Shown here: positions 12,706-26,366 of the stretch, in pieces
Position numbering within the stretch: the stretch's first letter is position 1
Layout of the letters: every line of letters begins with the position of its first letter
Assembly: GCF_006345805.1 (NCBI RefSeq)
Contig: NC_043006.1
Coordinates: forward strand, 101,618,001-101,682,000
Length of the DNA: 64,000 nt
DNA from: Octopus sinensis
Taxonomy: Eukaryota
Direction of reading: 5' to 3'
The notes under the pieces: generated by a model
The model's input: only the letters and a program-made list of their open reading frames with translations
Told to the model about the DNA's origin: nothing
Databases searched by the model: none
Made by a program: the position numbers and the translations under genes

Positions 12706-13954
12706 CTGTAAATCTATTTTTGCTTACTATGCATTTTAATTAGAATTTGGCATTAATTTACTACATGTAATTGCTGATATTTAACTTATTGAACGTATCA
12801 AATTGATTGTAATGGTTCTCTCCTTTGCTGTTTCATTTTTTGAGCTGTGCAATTGATTTGTGTGTATTCTGTGTGCATATTCATTGTCTGGTCTTACATT
12901 AATCATATTGTAAATTGTTAAATTACTAAATTATTTTATACATAAACATACACACATTCCACACTTAAAAAAAGTAGCGAAAATATAAAGAATATTAAAA
13001 TTTAAAGCAAAAAACAAAATTGGTGTAAAAGCAATCTTAAACTGATATCATTTGGCTTTTTTTCTTCTTTTTTAATTCTTATAAGAATTTACATTATTTA
13101 GAATCCTAGCTGCCAAAGCAGTTTTTTCTTTGTTTATCTTTTTAACTCTTCGTGAAGCTATAATTAATTACATTTTGTGGCTGTGAAGAAGAGACAATTT
13201 TGAAATTTTATCAGTTTCAATCATATCATATTCATTAAAAGTAAACTGGCCTAAGAATATTTTGTCTTGCATTGAAATTCCTGATAATTATTTGCGTAAT
13301 TGAAATTTGGTGTAATACATGTTGCTTTTTTACCTAGAATTTTAGTCTTGAGGAGATGACTATTGTTATTCTTTTTTCCTCTACATTTTTTTCTTGTCTT
13401 TAAACTTTCAAGAGCAATGTGATAGATTTATTTATTCAGAAAATTGTTGTATGTCATCTAGCAGAGTGATGGGGGTGGATTTTGTCGTTTATTTGAATTA
13501 AGAAGTTTAAACAGCACATCTGTCAGTAAGTGTATATGATGCATCAGGTTAGTTAATCTTTAAACAAGCTCTTAAGGATTAATGAGCAGAAAATTCATCT
13601 CTAATTTCTATTATGTTGGCTGAATCAAAAGAAAAATTTATCATTTTTCGCACACTGTCCTCATCTCAAATAAAAATGGTAAACAATTACAAAATAAATT
13701 TTCTGATGAGCTGTTAAATTTTTTTTTCTATTTTGGTTGTCATTTCATATAAATTAGCATTTTTTGTTTCTCTTTTAGCCAGGAGGGAAAACAGTGTTGT
13801 TGACCCTCTTGTTACAAAACTTCTGAGACTGTTGAGGGTGTGGTTTAAATGCTTGCAACAGAGCAGACTTTGCTAAAGGTATCCAATGTGCCAGATGGTT
13901 GTATTAAATTGGGTGATGGAATAAATACACCACCTAAGTAGACTGTGCTTGGAT

Positions 13955-14156
13955 TTAAACTCTGAATGCAATGAGCTGGAACAAATACTGCAAGGTATCT
14001 GGCTCGGCATTCTTATAGTTCTGCCAATCCACAGCCCTGTGTTGGTACATTTTTATCAACTCAGGAAACATGAAAGACAAAGTGGCCTTGGTAGGGTCTG
14101 AAGTCAGAAAGTTGGAATGAATGTAACCAGACATTTTTTCCAACTCTCTAATTATT
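13955..14156 (-). CDS. Protein-like reading frame; terminal exon or transposase remnant
   Basis: Acceptor TTCCCACTTGGCAG| then IIRELEKMSGYIHSNFLTSDPTKATLSFMFPELIKMYQHRAVDWQNYKNAEPDTLQYLFQLIAFRV*. Balanced composition; family not recognised. Confidence 0.35.
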
Positions 14157-16322
14157 CTGCCAAGTGGGAATGTGAAAATTTAAGCACAACCCATCAGATG
14201 GGAAAGGTATGAACTATTACTACTAAGAAAGATATGGTTAACAAACTATGAAATTAGATTTGGTTTTTAGTAGAATATTATATTTGAGAACTGAGGTCTT
14301 GGAAGATAAATGCTCTGTATGATGAAATGAGAGAGAGAGAGAAGGAAGGGAGAATAGATGTACAAATGTATTTCCATATGATGATAGTGGTGGTTATTGC
14401 CATTATCGTCATTACCATCCCGGTTGATGGACCATTTCCTCTTAGGCATTATTCAAATTGAAATCTTATTGATTTTCTTTTTTATATACATATAACAGAC
14501 TTGGCATTCATATCTGCAAATTATGTTGAATTTTAATGAATATCAGATATATTACTATATTGTTTTATATTCTATATATCAAGTTCATTAGGTAAGTCTT
14601 AGATTGTTGCATAATAATTGCTAATAGTGTTGGAAACAGGATTATATGAGATATGTAATACATGATTGTAGTTAAAAACTCTAAGTGAATGTAGTGACGG
14701 AATAGAAACACTCTGAGTATGGTCTGTTGAATGTGTAATACAGAGTCAGGAGTAATATTGATTACAGCAAAGCTATTGAGAGATATATGATGGAAAGAAA
14801 AGCATTGCATTTTAGATGGTGGAGGTATGGTCTGGAAAAGACTTGCTAAAGCATAGAAGAGTTAGAAATAAAGAGCAAGAATTATGTGAATCAAATATTT
14901 TGAAAGATACTGGTGCCAGAAAATTGTACCCAGTACATCCTGTAAAATGGTTTGTCATTAGAAAGAGCATCCCTCTATAGAAACCATACCAAAATGGACA
15001 TTGGAGCATGATGCAGACCTCTGATTCTTCAGATCATGTCAACATGGAAACCAGATTTTAAATGATGGTGGTGGTGATGCTATTTGCAACTTCTTATTTA
15101 TGTTCCAGCTAAAGGTTAAGTGGACTGAGACAATTAGATTTATTTATTTTACCAAAGAATAAATTGCTGTGTAGCTAAAGAGCAAACGCTACCACATCAG
15201 TTAGTAAACACAATAAATTGTAATGTTGATATATGAAATGTAACAGAATGTATATATTTAGATTGCATTTATTTGGTGTTTCATTGCATTGTTGTGGCTA
15301 GAATTACAAGTACCAAATTTCAGTTCTGGTGTTCAACAGATTAAAATGTTAGTTAAAAACTGACAGAGTTCTTAAATCGTGCCCTAAGGAATTTTATTGT
15401 CAGTGTTTTCTGGCTTAATGTGTAGTTTTGTTTTCTTATAAAATTATACAGAACACCTCTTGAGACACATTTTCTATACAACTTTCTAGCATTGGATTTT
15501 GAAAAATGTACATTAGAATTAATATTCAAATTAGAATTATTGTATTCCTAAAACAGCACATTTTATTTACATTCTATATTTTTCATATTATTTATTTTTA
15601 AAAATATATATCTTTTATAAATTCATATTTATAGATTTTAAATTTATAAGCAATTCCTTTGACATTATCTGTAGCATATGAAAATTTGAGATATTTTGAA
15701 AATCTTCTCTACAAATTCGTTTGTATTTATATCACACACACAAACAATTGGCACCAGAACCATGTGGTTGAAGATTTGTTCTGTTGTGTGGACACTGTTA
15801 GTTGGTGTCCTGTACTATAGCCACAAGCTAATAATACCATGTGGGTGAAATTGCTAGATGGAAACTGAAGAAGTCCATTGTATGTATGTCATTATCATTT
15901 AATGTCTATGTTTTATACTAGACATAGCAGAACTTGTAACGATATCTGGCATGCAAATCTATAAAATTGTCAACCTGTGAACTTGACTTTTTTCTTTATT
16001 TGTCTCTTGGGTTGTTAAGCTGTGGATTGACAGAGCTCTTTCTATTCATCATTTCATCAATTCTGGCTTGCTTGCAGGGTTCAGTTTTGTCCTCCATCTT
16101 CTGTTATACATCACACCTGACATTGCCAACTTTTAAATAAATGGCCCTAGCTTCATTATTTCTTAACCTCCTTCAATTAAATGCCATCCACTTGCACTGA
16201 CCCCATGAATAGAGACCTGTAAAGCATCCTCTAATGAGGATAAATCAATCATGTCCATTTCAACAGCAACAAAATGCAAACCAAACTCATATGAAGAATA
16301 CATTATTGCCCCCGTCTTTCAG

Positions 16323-16390
16323 TTATGAGCAGCATGCATCTAGAGCTCTCATGAAAAAAGACAATAGCGCAAAGCTTGGGTTGCAAGTGG
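16323..16390 (+). CDS. Candidate plus-strand exon YEQHASRALMKKDNSAKLGLQV
   Basis: CCCGTCTTTCAG| ... TGG|GTAAGA. It abuts an RTE remnant and may be part of it. Confidence 0.22.
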
Positions 16391-16419
16391 GTAAGAAGTG
16401 ATGATTTTGTGTAATTATT

Positions 16420-16870
16420 CAGAACATGCATATGAATGAAGACATCTGCATCAAGAAGTGCTGATCTCTCATTGTGGAGGGAATGTGTAAAAGAGATAGA
16501 CCCAAAAAGATGTGGCGAGAAAGGATCTTCTGACATTTAGTCTCTCAGAGATGATAAGAAGGGACTTCGAGTAGATTGCTGTGCTTGGGAAGACATGTCA
16601 AGCTAAATGAAATCATGGTTGTCCTTGCATACAGGGATGACCTCTGCATCCCTCTCCAGCTGAGGAACCCTAATCTTGCAAGCTTGTGGGTGCTGGTATC
16701 ATGTAAAAAGCACCTGTGCTTGTGCTGCATACAGGCATCCAGTACACACTGTGAAGTGATTGGCATTAGGAAGGGCATTCAGGCATAAAAACCCAGCCCA
16801 AAACAGACAAGGAGCCTGAACAAACTCATGCCAGCATGGAAAATGGATGTTAAATAATGATGGTGATGAA
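16420..16870 (+). mobile_element. RTE LINE 3' end (ORF2 C-terminus + 3' UTR)
   Basis: HMNEDICIKKC*SLIVEGMCKRDRPKKMW...AVLGKTCQAK*, then the shared tail GGAAGGGCATTCAG...CCAGCATGGAAAATGGATGTTAAA(TGA)n. Confidence 0.82.
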
Positions 16871-16936
16871 CAAATACTGAGCTAGAACAAACTTTACCTA
16901 ACTCGCATGCTAAATATCAGAGTTTTTTCCTGTTCA

Positions 16937-16947
16937 TCATAATGATG

Positions 16948-17030
<83 letters not shown>

Positions 17031-17032
17031 GA
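16937..17032. repeat. AT-rich palindrome (TAA)n(TTA)n, 48-bp arms, no spacer
   Basis: Centre at 16984/16985; pairing extends to TCATAAT...ATTATGA with two G-T oppositions. Confidence 0.93.
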
Positions 17033-18378
17033 ATCTTTATTTACATACTTAATATGTAAATGTCTATTTTTGGTTTTAACTATTTTGGTTGACCACTCTA
17101 GGTTTACTCTTGCCTTTCAGCTTTACTTAATGTTAAACTTTACAGCTATTCTGTGACATCAAAGTACTTAGCAAGGATTTTGCAGTACTAACATTTATAC
17201 AAAGGTTACAACTAGTTTGGCTTGCTCCTATGCTTTTCCCAATTGATGATGAATAGGATTTTGAAATATTAAGATTCTGATGATGATGGTGGTGATGCCT
17301 GTTGGCCTGCTGAATTGCTTGTCAAGATCATCAATATTCTTTAATCTCTTAAGAAGATTACTGCCAGTGGTGTTTGCCATTTTATGTCAATTTTATGTCC
17401 AATACGTAAAGCTTGCACAATTAACAACTGCAACAATGGAAAAGCACCACAGCAACCTGACACTTATTTTAGCAGTTTTGTGTTAGCTTCACAAAGAGAA
17501 TTGCTTCTATAAATTGTGTTTCTGAATTCCAAATGGTATGAGGTGTGAAGAATTTAATCCCCAATGTGAAAATAATTTTAGAATAATTTCTTTCACTTTG
17601 CTGGATTTGTATTGCACACGTGGAAAGAAGAATTAATCTACACACATAAACAGCAAATTAGCTTGTGCATGTCAAAAAGTGCAGAATATTAAAGATTGTT
17701 CTAGCTATTAATCGTATCATTTCTGTGTTTATTTTCACTATATTTAGAGCGGTATGTTTTCAGTGAACTGACTATTAGGGTTACTGCTTTTCATTGACCC
17801 TTTTACATGATTTAAGATGGAATACAACCCATGTACATGTATGTAAAATGTGGCATCTAATGACAGTCTAAACATATGCTGATATGTTGTAAATAAAACA
17901 CAGCAGTAAATCTTCATTCATTACTTATGTAAAATATATCAAAGAGATAACATAGATATAGGTTACACTATTTTTCTATAAAATGATACACATGTAAAAT
18001 TTGTAAAACATATAGTATTATATATGTAATATTATATATAAACTTACATTTTTTTTACATAAACAATACACTTATAGAAGACACATGCATAAAAGATGAA
18101 GGTTATCCCTTGTTTATAAAAAGTTGCAGGTATGAAATATATAAAGAAAAGACAAAAAATAAAGAAAAAAAAAATTTTTTGCTATTGGAAATTTGTGTTT
18201 CTTTTGTCTTTCTCATGATGTGTATTTTGTCTGCCATTTCTTTCACTTCTATAATAGTGCTCATTCAGAATCTGCATTCTTACCTTCACTCAAATCCACC
18301 CATCCCCTCCTCCCTCCACCCTTTCTCCTCTTCCTCACTCCTCTGTGTGTCTGCACATGCATACGTGTGTTTGTATGT

Positions 18379-18417
<39 letters not shown>

Positions 18418-19149
18418 CCAAATTGAGAGAATGGTGCCGGTAAAATCCTGGCTACATATATTTCATTTTAAATTATATCTCCGGTGAGTTAATTTGGTAT
18501 TCTTTAATGACAATGTAACCTTCATTTAACTAAGGTATCTTTGGCCTGATTTGTAGCTAGTGGAGTACCCCTCATTCAGTAATTATTACTTCCAAGGATC
18601 TGCTTGCTAGAAAACATGTGTACCCTGGATTTTACCTGCTTCATTCCCTCAATTTAGATTTTTATTCAGATTCATAGCAACCTTAGTTGCTAACCGTAAA
18701 CTATAGCAAAACTTTTTTCAGCTTATTAAACTGTGATATGGGAAAAGCTAATAAACTATTATTGTTTCTGAAAGTTGTTTTTTACCTACCACAGACTGTT
18801 TAAAGCTTACTAACTTCCTCCACCAGATCCCTGGATCTTACAATTTGCATATCATTATACACACACACACACACACACACACTCACGCACACACATGAAA
18901 AATTTACTCTTCTAAAGTATGTTTAATTGTTCATATGTATGATGGTGCTTGTATCTAAGACTTTCAAAAAATGCATATATTTAAAAGAATTCACCTGTTT
19001 ATATCTACTCTCTGGACATATGAAAGATTTCACATGCTCAGTTATGTATTCACATAATGTTGTAAATAATAGTTCAAATGTTTGCTTTCTAAATGACCAG
19101 AAGTGCCAAATATTTATCTTGAAAGAGACCCTTCTTTCAGAAGAGATGG

Positions 19150-19460
19150 CTGTAACATTGCTGTGACTAGACATGTTCTTTTTTATCCAGGAAGTGCAAA
19201 AGCAGTTATCATGGTTGAGCTCACAGTTCCCTGGGAGGGCAGACTTGGTTCAAAAAGCTTGTGTCAAAAGGATAGCAAGCAGACTCATTTCTTATTGAAA
19301 TTGGCTTCTTCACTTTTCCTACTGGATCTGGTACTTTGCTGCAGAAAATTGGTTTGAAACCCTGTCAACCAAAGAAAACCATCATTGTGATATCCTTGAT
19401 AGCTAAAACACTTCAGAAGTAGCTGTGGTTGACAATTGATTGCAAATGAAATGCTTCTGC
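19150..19460 (+). pseudogene. 3' fragment of an RLE-endonuclease non-LTR retrotransposon (HERO/R2-group-like)
   Basis: KAVIMVELTVPWEGRL followed, after a frameshift, by IEIGFFTF...LQKIGL...ISLIAKT..*LWL matches the PD-(D/E)xK C-terminus (IELTVPWE ... IEVG.RGF ... WLW). Confidence 0.72.
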
Positions 19461-21369
19461 AGGTGAAGTGTACTGGCTAAGAAGTGAAATGCTCTTAAAA
19501 ATAAGGTACCTGATGAAGATATGGAAGAGTTTTCAACATTGTGGTAGCTTTAGACATCATCAGGAGAGAAACTTGTGATATCTTTAAGTAGCTCCTATGT
19601 GGGGCAAAGCATCTCTGATGTTATTTCACTCATATATAATGTGTGATAAATTACTTTTCATTGTATGCATTTGTAATGTGATTTTACCTCTCACAACACT
19701 GAAATTATTCAGCTCCATTCAAACTGTGTATCAAATATATTTGTATTAATGTGAAAGGAGTTGAGTACTCATCTCTAGCAGACATGTGTGGCACATGATT
19801 TCTTCTCAAACATGTATGTAGTGTTTAACCATGCTGCTAATTCTGTGACACAAAATCACTTCTAGCTTTAGTTATTGGTTTTAGGTTGCCATAGCAATTT
19901 ATTCATTCTTCTTTTATGATGAAATACAATTGTATGTGAATGTGTTTACAAAAACACTTTAGCTTATATGTGCGCTTGTATACACCACACACATACATAA
20001 ATACATACATTCACACACACACATGCGTATGAGTGCATGCCTGTACTTACACACTTATGCGTATGTTTGAGCACATGTATGTGTGTTATAGATACTTTAG
20101 CGACTCAACCATTCAACGGTTTGTTTGGCACATTTACAAATGCACATTTATCCATATCTGTGAATAGATGTCTGATTTGTAATTTGGATTGTTAATAAAA
20201 ATGCATTTTTGCAATTGAGAACTTGCATAGGTTGCAAAAAATGAGAATAAAAGAAACCAACAGTTACATATTCAATATTTCTAAAAGAGCAAATATGACT
20301 GTCACTTTGTTAAGATGATTATCAGAACTATGCTGTCTGCCTCTTTATATACTTAGATATGTTTATGTAGCAATTCTTTGTGCAAAAGACTCACATATGC
20401 ATGTACGCACATGCACAAATATGCATAGACACAACTTTAACAATTTTTGAACAAATAAACAAATCCTACACACACACACATACACACACCTGTACATTAA
20501 TTTATGTTTAGTTACATGTGTGCGTCATATCTAGATTAATATGCCTCGTATATAATCATATTTTTGCTTTTTTTTATAGAAATGCATGTAGACTTCCATC
20601 TCTATAGATTTATCAGAGTTCATCATTAATGTTCTTTCTTTCTTTCTCTGTTACCCATCCTCTGATTGTTCATGTCATCCATTCCGTTCCTTTATCTAAT
20701 AATATCGGTAATATTGTATGTTTTTAAATTACCCATTGCTAGCCATGTCACCATATGTTTCCAGTCATATAATAAAGAATTCCTTTGATCTGTATATATA
20801 ACAAACATAATTCGAAACTTTCCATTGTGAATTTTGTTATCTTTGCCTCATTTATAGAGCTTGTCAGCTGTTCGTCACATGGTTTCACTAATTTTGTGTT
20901 TGTGTATTTGTCTGAAAATTTCTCTTGTTCTTATTAGTTGAGCTTTATGTATGGATGTGTGTGTACATGTATATACGTTTGTTCATCCATTTGTTTATTT
21001 TTGCATTCATTTTAACATGTTAGGTTGAGTTAGATAAGTATATATCACCACGGCAGTCGTTTTACAGCTGGATGCCCTTCTTGTTAGCTAATACTTTCCT
21101 GCTTTTCATGTCAGGGAATTTTCATTCCACTCATCTTTTAAAATGCAGAACTACTAGACAATTTGTTGACAAGGAGTTGTCAGCTATTATCACCGTCTAT
21201 TACTCACTGATTTGTTTTTTTTTTTTTCATTTGTTTGCAGAAGTGCAGAATATAAATATTCACACTGATACACACATGCTGCATGCAAGCATGTGCACAG
21301 AGACACTCATATAAAACAGGGGCCTGAAGTTATAGTTGAAATGTCTTCTACTATAACCTCAACTCTTAC

Positions 21370-21411
21370 CTTGGTTCTGTGTAGTTGGACTGTGTTTAAA
21401 ACTCTGTGATT
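21370..21411 (-). CDS. Candidate exon (42 nt), (E)SQSFKHSPTTQNQ or NHRVLNTVQLHRTK
   Basis: Strong donor AAG|GTAAGA; acceptor CTTAATGCAG| is only moderate. Confidence 0.35.
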
Positions 21412-21914
21412 CTGCATTAAGTCCTGTTCTTTAAGTGAACTTATTACCCAAACCATCAGGCTTGTACTTATTCATGTTTGAGTATTTGCTTTGCTTGTTT
21501 TTTTCCATATCTTATAATCAAGTCCTTCAGTTTATTTTGAATCAATTTACATCTCCTTAAGTGTTTTTAAGCTGTTTTGTCATTAAGTTAATGTGTTCTA
21601 GAATTACAGTAGAAGCAGTAAGGGCTTGAGGTTGACATGTTTCATGCACCATTATTCAAGGAATAGTTTCTATGAAAAAGTGATTGTCCAGGTGCTTATA
21701 AATATAATGGATTCTTTTATTTTTTTTTGCTTTTTGAGGTACACAACAGTCCTAGAAGTGCTGGTGCTACTTAAAATGCACCTACTTAATTCTTTAAGCG
21801 GTTGGTAAATCAAATCAAGCAGCAACAATGTAGTGTTTGAGAGGGCTCTTTTGTCTGGCAAAGGGCAATATAGCCTCTGCAGTGCTGAAGCCATGAAAAC
21901 ATGCACCAAGTATA

Positions 21915-22085
21915 TTTATTGTAAGATGGTTAGTGTTAGGAAGGACATCCAGCTGAGGAAATCCTGACAAAATTGAGCGATTGGAGCAAGACATGGTGTT
22001 TTGAGTCTTTGGATCCTTTTGAAACATCCAACCTATACCAGCATGGAAAATGAACCTTAAATGATGGTGGCAGTGATAATGAGGA
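21915..22085 (+). mobile_element. RTE-tail fragment
   Basis: GTTAGTGTTAGGAAGGACATCCAGCTG...CCAGCATGGAAAATGAACCTTAAATGATGGTG. Confidence 0.7.
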
Positions 22086-22369
22086 TTGGGCTACCTTGCT
22101 GATTTCGAGGAATTGGTGTTTCTGTTGTTTTCTCAACAGAAGTATCTGCCTGACCATTGAATTATAATGTGATTGAATATGCCATATAGATACCTGTATT
22201 CTTAGTTTAATTGTTAGGTAACAATCATTGCGATATTGTGTGCAACAAGGCTGAACCATTGAAGAATTACCGGTACCTTTGTTTGCTCCATGTCATCTGC
22301 CATGAAGCAAAACTGATATGTTACTCTGTGTATTCCATATGTTTCTGTGAGCCAAACTCGAAAAGGCAG

Positions 22370-22422
<53 letters not shown>

Positions 22423-24336
22423 ACTCACTCTCTCTCACACACACACATACACACTTGTATATTGTTTGAGAACCGACCATTGGCTGCACCTGGTGTTCCA
22501 TTTGAAGGTTCAGTTTATCAATTACATCAAGCTTCATGCATGAAATTATTGCTACTTCACAGCTTCATTGCTTGTTGATTTTATATGGCAGAGAATGATA
22601 CATTTTGAAATATGTAATATACTGTGTCTAGTTGGGAATATTGCTATGTCCTGGGGTTTCAACTTGTGGTGGTGTCATAGGCATACTGGCATGACATAAT
22701 CTTTCTTCTACACAATGTTTTTTTAAAAACTTGGCAGATCCCATTCCTCTCCGTGTCAGATAATAGCTGATTTTCTCCAGAGAGAGAGAGGGGGGAGGAA
22801 GAGATAGGGGGAGAGAGACAGGGGGGGATCTAATCCTGATATGGGATTGGTTCTTTATTTATTGACCTGAAAAGGCTGAAAAACAACGGAGATCTTGGTG
22901 AAATTTGAACTCATGAAACAGAGAACCAGAATGATTACTGTAAAGTAGTCCATCTGATGATATAACGACTGGCATTTGGCTGCCTACTAGGAATATTATT
23001 GCATTAAATTCATAGTTAATGAGAATGTGATTAGGGATTATATAGATATGTTTCAATCTCCTTACTATTTCCTCACTGAGGCATATGTGTGTATGTGTTT
23101 GTGTGTGTAAAAGAAACATAGCAATATGCGTGTAATAGGAATCTATTTTCCTTCTTGGTTTGCTATTGAGTTCTAAAATAATTTCCTGTATGAGAATACA
23201 TAGCTTCTATAGAAAAACTGAGTTCAGATTTAGAAGGGTAGGTTGCATGTATTCCTTCAGTAGCTTATTGATCCAATTCATGGTTATTTGGCTGGTTGAA
23301 GCTGACAGATGTTAAAACTTATTGTAAAGGTCAGAATTATTGAGATTCACACCTATGCTGTTGTGTTAGAGATTCCATTCTTAGATTGGTTGAGGAAAAA
23401 AGAAAGAAAAGGAAAAGAAAAGAGAACAAATAAGTCAGAAAGTATTCTGGAAACTGTTGATATGGATTATAAATACCACATGGTTACATGTAGCATTTTT
23501 ACTTATATTTGCACAGGATTTTCTTTTCTTTTCTGTTTTCTTAAATTTCAAGATCTGTCTTGTTTTAGCATCAATGTCGATTTGTACAATGACATTAATA
23601 CTACAAGAATATGAAAAGGATTGGCTCGTCAGCGGGGGGAGCGAGTGGAATTGGATTAAATGAACAGTTCTCTTCACCCCTGAGTGTGTAAGTGTGTGTG
23701 TATTATTGTGTGAATCTATTTACCTTCTCATGTGTGTATGTCGTGTGTGTATTTTGAGGTTCACTATTATTTTCTTTTATTGTCTATTTCAACAGTTCCA
23801 CTTGTCTCAAGAATAAAAGTAGTGTGGTTGATCTTGTCAAAACCACTTTGCTTGTCATTGAAGTATCAAGTTGAATCATATTTTCCCCCCCTGACATTGG
23901 TAGCTTATTCAATCAGTATTTAGAGAAAAGATTGCATTTTGTCAAATAAATGTAAAAAAAAAAAGGGAAAGAAAAATGAAATGAAAAAATTAATAAATAA
24001 AAAGACAACTAAAACCAAGAATAAAGAAAGAAAGAAAGAAGCATAGAATAAGGAAGAAAAATAGAACTGCTATTTTTGAAAGCTTCTATATGTAGAAAAC
24101 TAATATTGGTAAATGGCAGTTGCTTCATCTCTGCTTGCTGGAGTGAATAGTTGGCATTGCTGCTAGCAAACATTGAGTGAAGAATACAGAGCAGTGGCAT
24201 GGATATTTTTATATGAAAAGAGAAAGAACTTTTACATTGCAAAACAAATTTCATTACCTATATTACATCACCCCTGCTTTAATTTTCAAGGATTTATTTG
24301 TGAAAAGAGTTAATATTCCTGAAAATGTCTTAAAAT

Positions 24337-24660
24337 GTCTTCATCTCTCTCTCTCCCTCTCTTTTCTCTCATCCTTTATTTTTCTCTTTCTTCTTTCTCC
24401 TCCTTTGTCTTCTCTCTTTTCCTCATCACTTTTTTCCTATCTCTTTTCTTTTTCTCTCCTCTCCTCCTTTCTCTTCTGTCCCCTTTTTTCTTTTCTCTCT
24501 TCACTCGCATTCTCTCTTTCTTCTCTCCCCAACTCTCTTTTTATCGCTGCTTCTCTCCCTTCTCTTCTCTCACCTATCTTCCTTTCTTCTCCCATCATCT
24601 CTCTCAGTCTCTCTTTCTTCTCTATCTCCATTTCTCCTTCTTCTTCCCCCTCTTCTTTTG
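24337..24660. repeat. Polypyrimidine/polypurine tract of about 320 bp
   Basis: Plus strand is almost entirely C/T and aperiodic. Confidence 0.95.
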
Positions 24661-24967
24661 GTTATATTTTTAGCTAGTTGAGCCACAATAGCAATTTTCT
24701 TGAGCGGTGCAGTGATGTTTTTAACTAAGATAATAGCATGACACCATACTATGTCACTGACAGTAACTGAAGATATTACTGAATGGTCTTGTTTACAACA
24801 GTAACTCAAAGCCTGAAACATTGAATGAAAAGAAACAAGCTTCTAACGTCCCTCTTTGTGCATGCGTGTGCATGATTGTAGATATATATATACATTTGTA
24901 TATCTACACATGTGCACATCATCATCAGACACTAAACGAATGATGATTATGGGTGAGATATATCTGT

Positions 24968-25300
24968 GAAGGCACATGGCTCAGTGGTTAGAGCGTTGGG
25001 CCCACAGTCATAAGGTAGTGAGTCTGCTTCCTGGACTGGGCTGTGTGTTTTGCTCTTAAGCAAGACACTTTATTTTACATTGCTCCTGTTCACTCAGCTG
25101 TAGAAATGAATTTCAGTATCACTGGTCCCAAGCTGTATTGGCCTATGCCTTTCCCTTGGATAACATTGAGGGCAAGGAGAGGGGAGGCTGCTATGAAGCG
25201 ACTGTTGGTCTTCATAAACATCCTTGCTCAGACTTGTGCTTTGGAGGGTAACTTTCTAGGTACAATCCCATGGTCATCATGACTCAATGGGGTCTTTACT
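24968..25300 (+). mobile_element. SINE with head H2 + tail T2
   Basis: GAAGGCACATGGCTCAGTGGTTAGAGC...AAGCAAGACACTT...CACTCAGCTG, followed by a unique tail. Confidence 0.8.
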
Positions 25301-25478
25301 TTTTATATCTGTGTATGTATGTATGTGTGTGCATGCATGCGTACATGTGGGTATATGTGTGTGCTTACATGCTGCTTACTGAGGAGGAAGGTACTCCAAA
25401 TTGCTGTTGGCCTGAATGCTTGCAATAGAGTGGTGATATTAAAATATGCACGCGCACACACACACACACTCACACATA

Positions 25479-26352
25479 CAGGGTGTGATAGGTAAATTGA
25501 TGCTGTTTTATAATTTCAATTTTGTGCATGAGGATTGTTTGTTTTTGATTTTGTTGACAGTATAGTAGGGTTAGTTGGGCACTGTCTGAGAGAAAAACAG
25601 CACCATGACACAATTCACTCTGCCAGAAATTTGGAAACGACATGCAGAATTGCTTGGCATTCACACTGGAAGCTCCAATATGAACATCTCAGAGTGTTTG
25701 GATGTCGATCTGAGGACAGTGCATGTACCGAGAGTGATAAAAATCAAGCATCCAATTAGCATCATCGTATTTGGAGTGATCACTAATGATGGCAACGTTA
25801 TGCCTCCATTCATCTTTCCACACGACCTCAGACTCTCAACATGGTGGCCTACATCAAGTGCCTTGAGGGGGTAGTGCTGCCCTGGTTAAGAGGATGGCTG
25901 CTGGAAGACCCTATGACTGGCAACAGGACTCTGCTCCATGGTACACAAGCAGGAGAACCCAGTCATGGCTGTCAGATATTTTCTGCGACCCCATCACACC
26001 TAACATCTGGCCACCTAACTCCCCAGACTGCAACCCCCTTTATTATTATGTATGGAGCACAGTTGAGTGAAAGACCAACAAAACTCTTTGTAACACCAAA
26101 GATGAACTGAAGGCAAGGATTATGGCAGCATTCACCAACTTAGATAAGTAGACTATCCAAAAGAGTTGCAGGAGATTCCTAAGTCGTCTGGAGGCCGTGG
26201 TTGAAGCCAAGGACGATTTTATTGAATACATTTACTCTTTAGTATTTCGAGATATTTTTATGTAATTTTGGTTATTATATCTGTTAAAATGAGATGTTGG
26301 TGTTATTTTCATTTTTGCGTAACTTAGACAACAATATATTCACTGCACCCTG
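25479..26352 (+). mobile_element. Internally deleted Tc1/mariner element, DD37D (maT-type)
   Basis: TA TSDs; CAGGGTG...CACCCTG termini. Translation QQDSAPWYTSRRTQSWLSDIFCDPITPNIWPPNSPDCNPLYYYVW has 37 residues between the second D and the third catalytic position (now Y). The HTH is fused to VPRV by a deletion; stops and frameshifts present. Confidence 0.92.
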
Positions 26353-26366
26353 TATATTTATATATA

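Noticed and set aside
17100-17500. Coding-looking composition (DSDDDGGDACWPAELL...; minus-strand HHHHHQNL...)
   Set aside because: Stops in all frames over the interval, no convincing splice pair, no family recognised.
19505-19545. CTGATGAAG motif after the RLE fragment
   Set aside because: No GAAA box and no stem II.
24177-24677. 166-aa S/L/F-rich ORF
   Set aside because: Translation of the polypyrimidine tract.
25375-25415. CTGAGGA-GGA...TCC-AAA hammerhead-like motif
   Set aside because: G12 of GAAA is missing and neither stem I nor stem III pairs.
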